A stretch of 64,000 nt of DNA, from contig NC_045698.1 in NCBI RefSeq assembly GCF_009834535.1, forward strand, positions 13,084,001 through 13,148,000, read 5' to 3'. This document shows positions 62,374 to 64,000 of the stretch, in pieces. The translations under genes and the position numbers were made by a program. A model generated the notes under the pieces. That model was given only the letters and a program-made list of their open reading frames with translations, made no database searches and was not told the DNA's origin. This DNA comes from Camelus ferus (Eukaryota). Position 1 is the first letter of the stretch. Each line of letters starts with the position of its first letter.

Positions 62374-64000
62374 CAAATTACTGCCATTTCCCCAACGTGA
62401 CATGGCCACTTAGGATAGGTGATTATCTTTACTGCTAGAGGGTGTAGCTCACTCCTTAATTTTCTTCTTAATTTTTTCTTTCTTGGATCGCCTGGCCTTT
62501 ACTAATCGCTTCAAAAATTATGCAAAAATACCTTAACTAACTGAAGGCGTAGTATGGACCTATTTTTATTATATTTTACATGCTTTCTGAGGGAAAATCG
62601 AATATATTTGAAGAATAACATTAATGAATATTCCAGTATTCCTAGCTTGAATTTTCAGCAAGGTTAGCAGGAAGTTAACTGCAGGTAGTAAATATACCCA
62701 TACCTCTTTGGAATCCCAACACTATATCATTTTAAAAATTTTTTCATAATATAACAATCTATTTCTCTAGATGTTAAAATGTGTTGATAAATATACATTA
62801 ATTAACTTATTGATTCATTTATCTAGCCTTTCCTGCACTCATTCATGCACTTTACAAATTAAAATTATTTAAGGAGGAACATTTTTGTATCCTTGGGGTA
62901 AATGGAGACAAGCAAGATTCTTTTAGGACACAGTTAGGATCATTAAATTAAGACATTTCATATATAAATGGGGTAATCGGATACCTCCACATAATTCATA
63001 CTATTTCAATTGAAAGTTTAAAATATGTTTAAAAATCACAAGATTTTGTTTATTTTTAAAACTAAGTTTTAATAACAAAAAAGCAAATTCAGATAAAACA
63101 CAGTATACAGCAGTACATCTTGGGAGAACGTTATTTACTCTTTGGCAACTTGGAAGAGATGCTTTGTAATCTTCCCTTTCTTGCTTTCGTACATTGTGTT
63201 TTCTTTTTTGATTACAGTGTACACGCAATGATTCCTCATAGCAGTCATCAGTTTTCATATATTGTCATTATCATCACCATCAACATCATCATCATTGTAA
63301 ACATTTACTTTGCATCCAATTTCTTCCTGAAAGCATACAGGGGTACCAGAGAAGAGAATCCAGGCCAGGAGGAAGAGTAATCTTCACAAATAAATTTGAT
63401 TCAGAAACCTTGTTGGAAAACTTGCTGATGGGAAAAAAGGGATACATTTAATTTTAATGAATACCTTATATAATGGTAGAATATTCAATCTTCTAAGCAG
63501 TGACAAAATTCAAAATTAATACTAAAAGGTGCCAGGAATTTTAAAAGCATGTTCCAATTTCAACAAAGCACATGCAACTGTAGCAGCAGCCCTGAACATT
63601 CTACATTCATGTTTTTATGTGAAGATCAATTCTATATTTATCTTCAAACAAGTTTAAAAAGAATTATTCTGTGACATTAAAACTATGATATTACTGATAC
63701 AAAGTGTCTTTTTAAACATCTGTTCTTTATTGACAAGGACTATAAAAGTATCATCAACAGAATTTTATGGATTCTTACATAATTGCTTCCATAATTTAAA
63801 ATCATAAATTCATGTTCCAAACTAATATATACCAACAGAATGTTCTAAAATAGCTTCAAATATTTAACACAATGCTAAAGAAAGAAAGAAAAAATCTCTT
63901 AAACATTAAATAAATTTTAAAAATCTTTGACAATTTTATTTTCTAGTTAAAAAATATAGATGATTGCCCCAGGGTCATGACATACAATTTTAAGTGATGA

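Noticed and set aside
1..64000. Host gene identity or transcription direction from L1 strand bias
   Set aside because: L1 fragments occur in both orientations and no coding exon was recognised, so the locus cannot be named.

Overview
AT-rich, repeat-dense mammalian non-coding DNA (intergenic or deep intronic). It is most likely camelid, because it carries a tRNA-Ala(AGC)-derived SINE resembling the camelid vic-1 family plus cetartiodactyl-type L1 3' ends. I see no convincing host protein-coding exon, RNA gene or CRISPR array. The short ORFs are chance ORFs or decayed LINE reverse-transcriptase remnants. The window holds old and young L1 pieces, L2, L3/CR1 and MIR fragments, about ten ERV/MaLR LTRs, two DNA-transposon relics and many microsatellites. 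Subfamily names are from memory of consensus sequences and need RepeatMasker/Dfam confirmation. The most interesting signals are: (1) four same-orientation CTCF motifs at 45-53 kb, opposed by an LTR-borne forward motif at 62 kb, a boundary-like arrangement; (2) an apparent L1 3' transduction at 2.7-2.9 kb; (3) an unidentified GC-rich, A-tailed retrocopy-like insert at 50.6-50.9 kb; (4) a tailless L1 5'-end insert at 30.1 kb; (5) a composite ERV element with an internal PPT-LTR junction; (6) several polypyrimidine-AG|GT recursive-splice-like sites. I found no evidence of a wholly new biological system.
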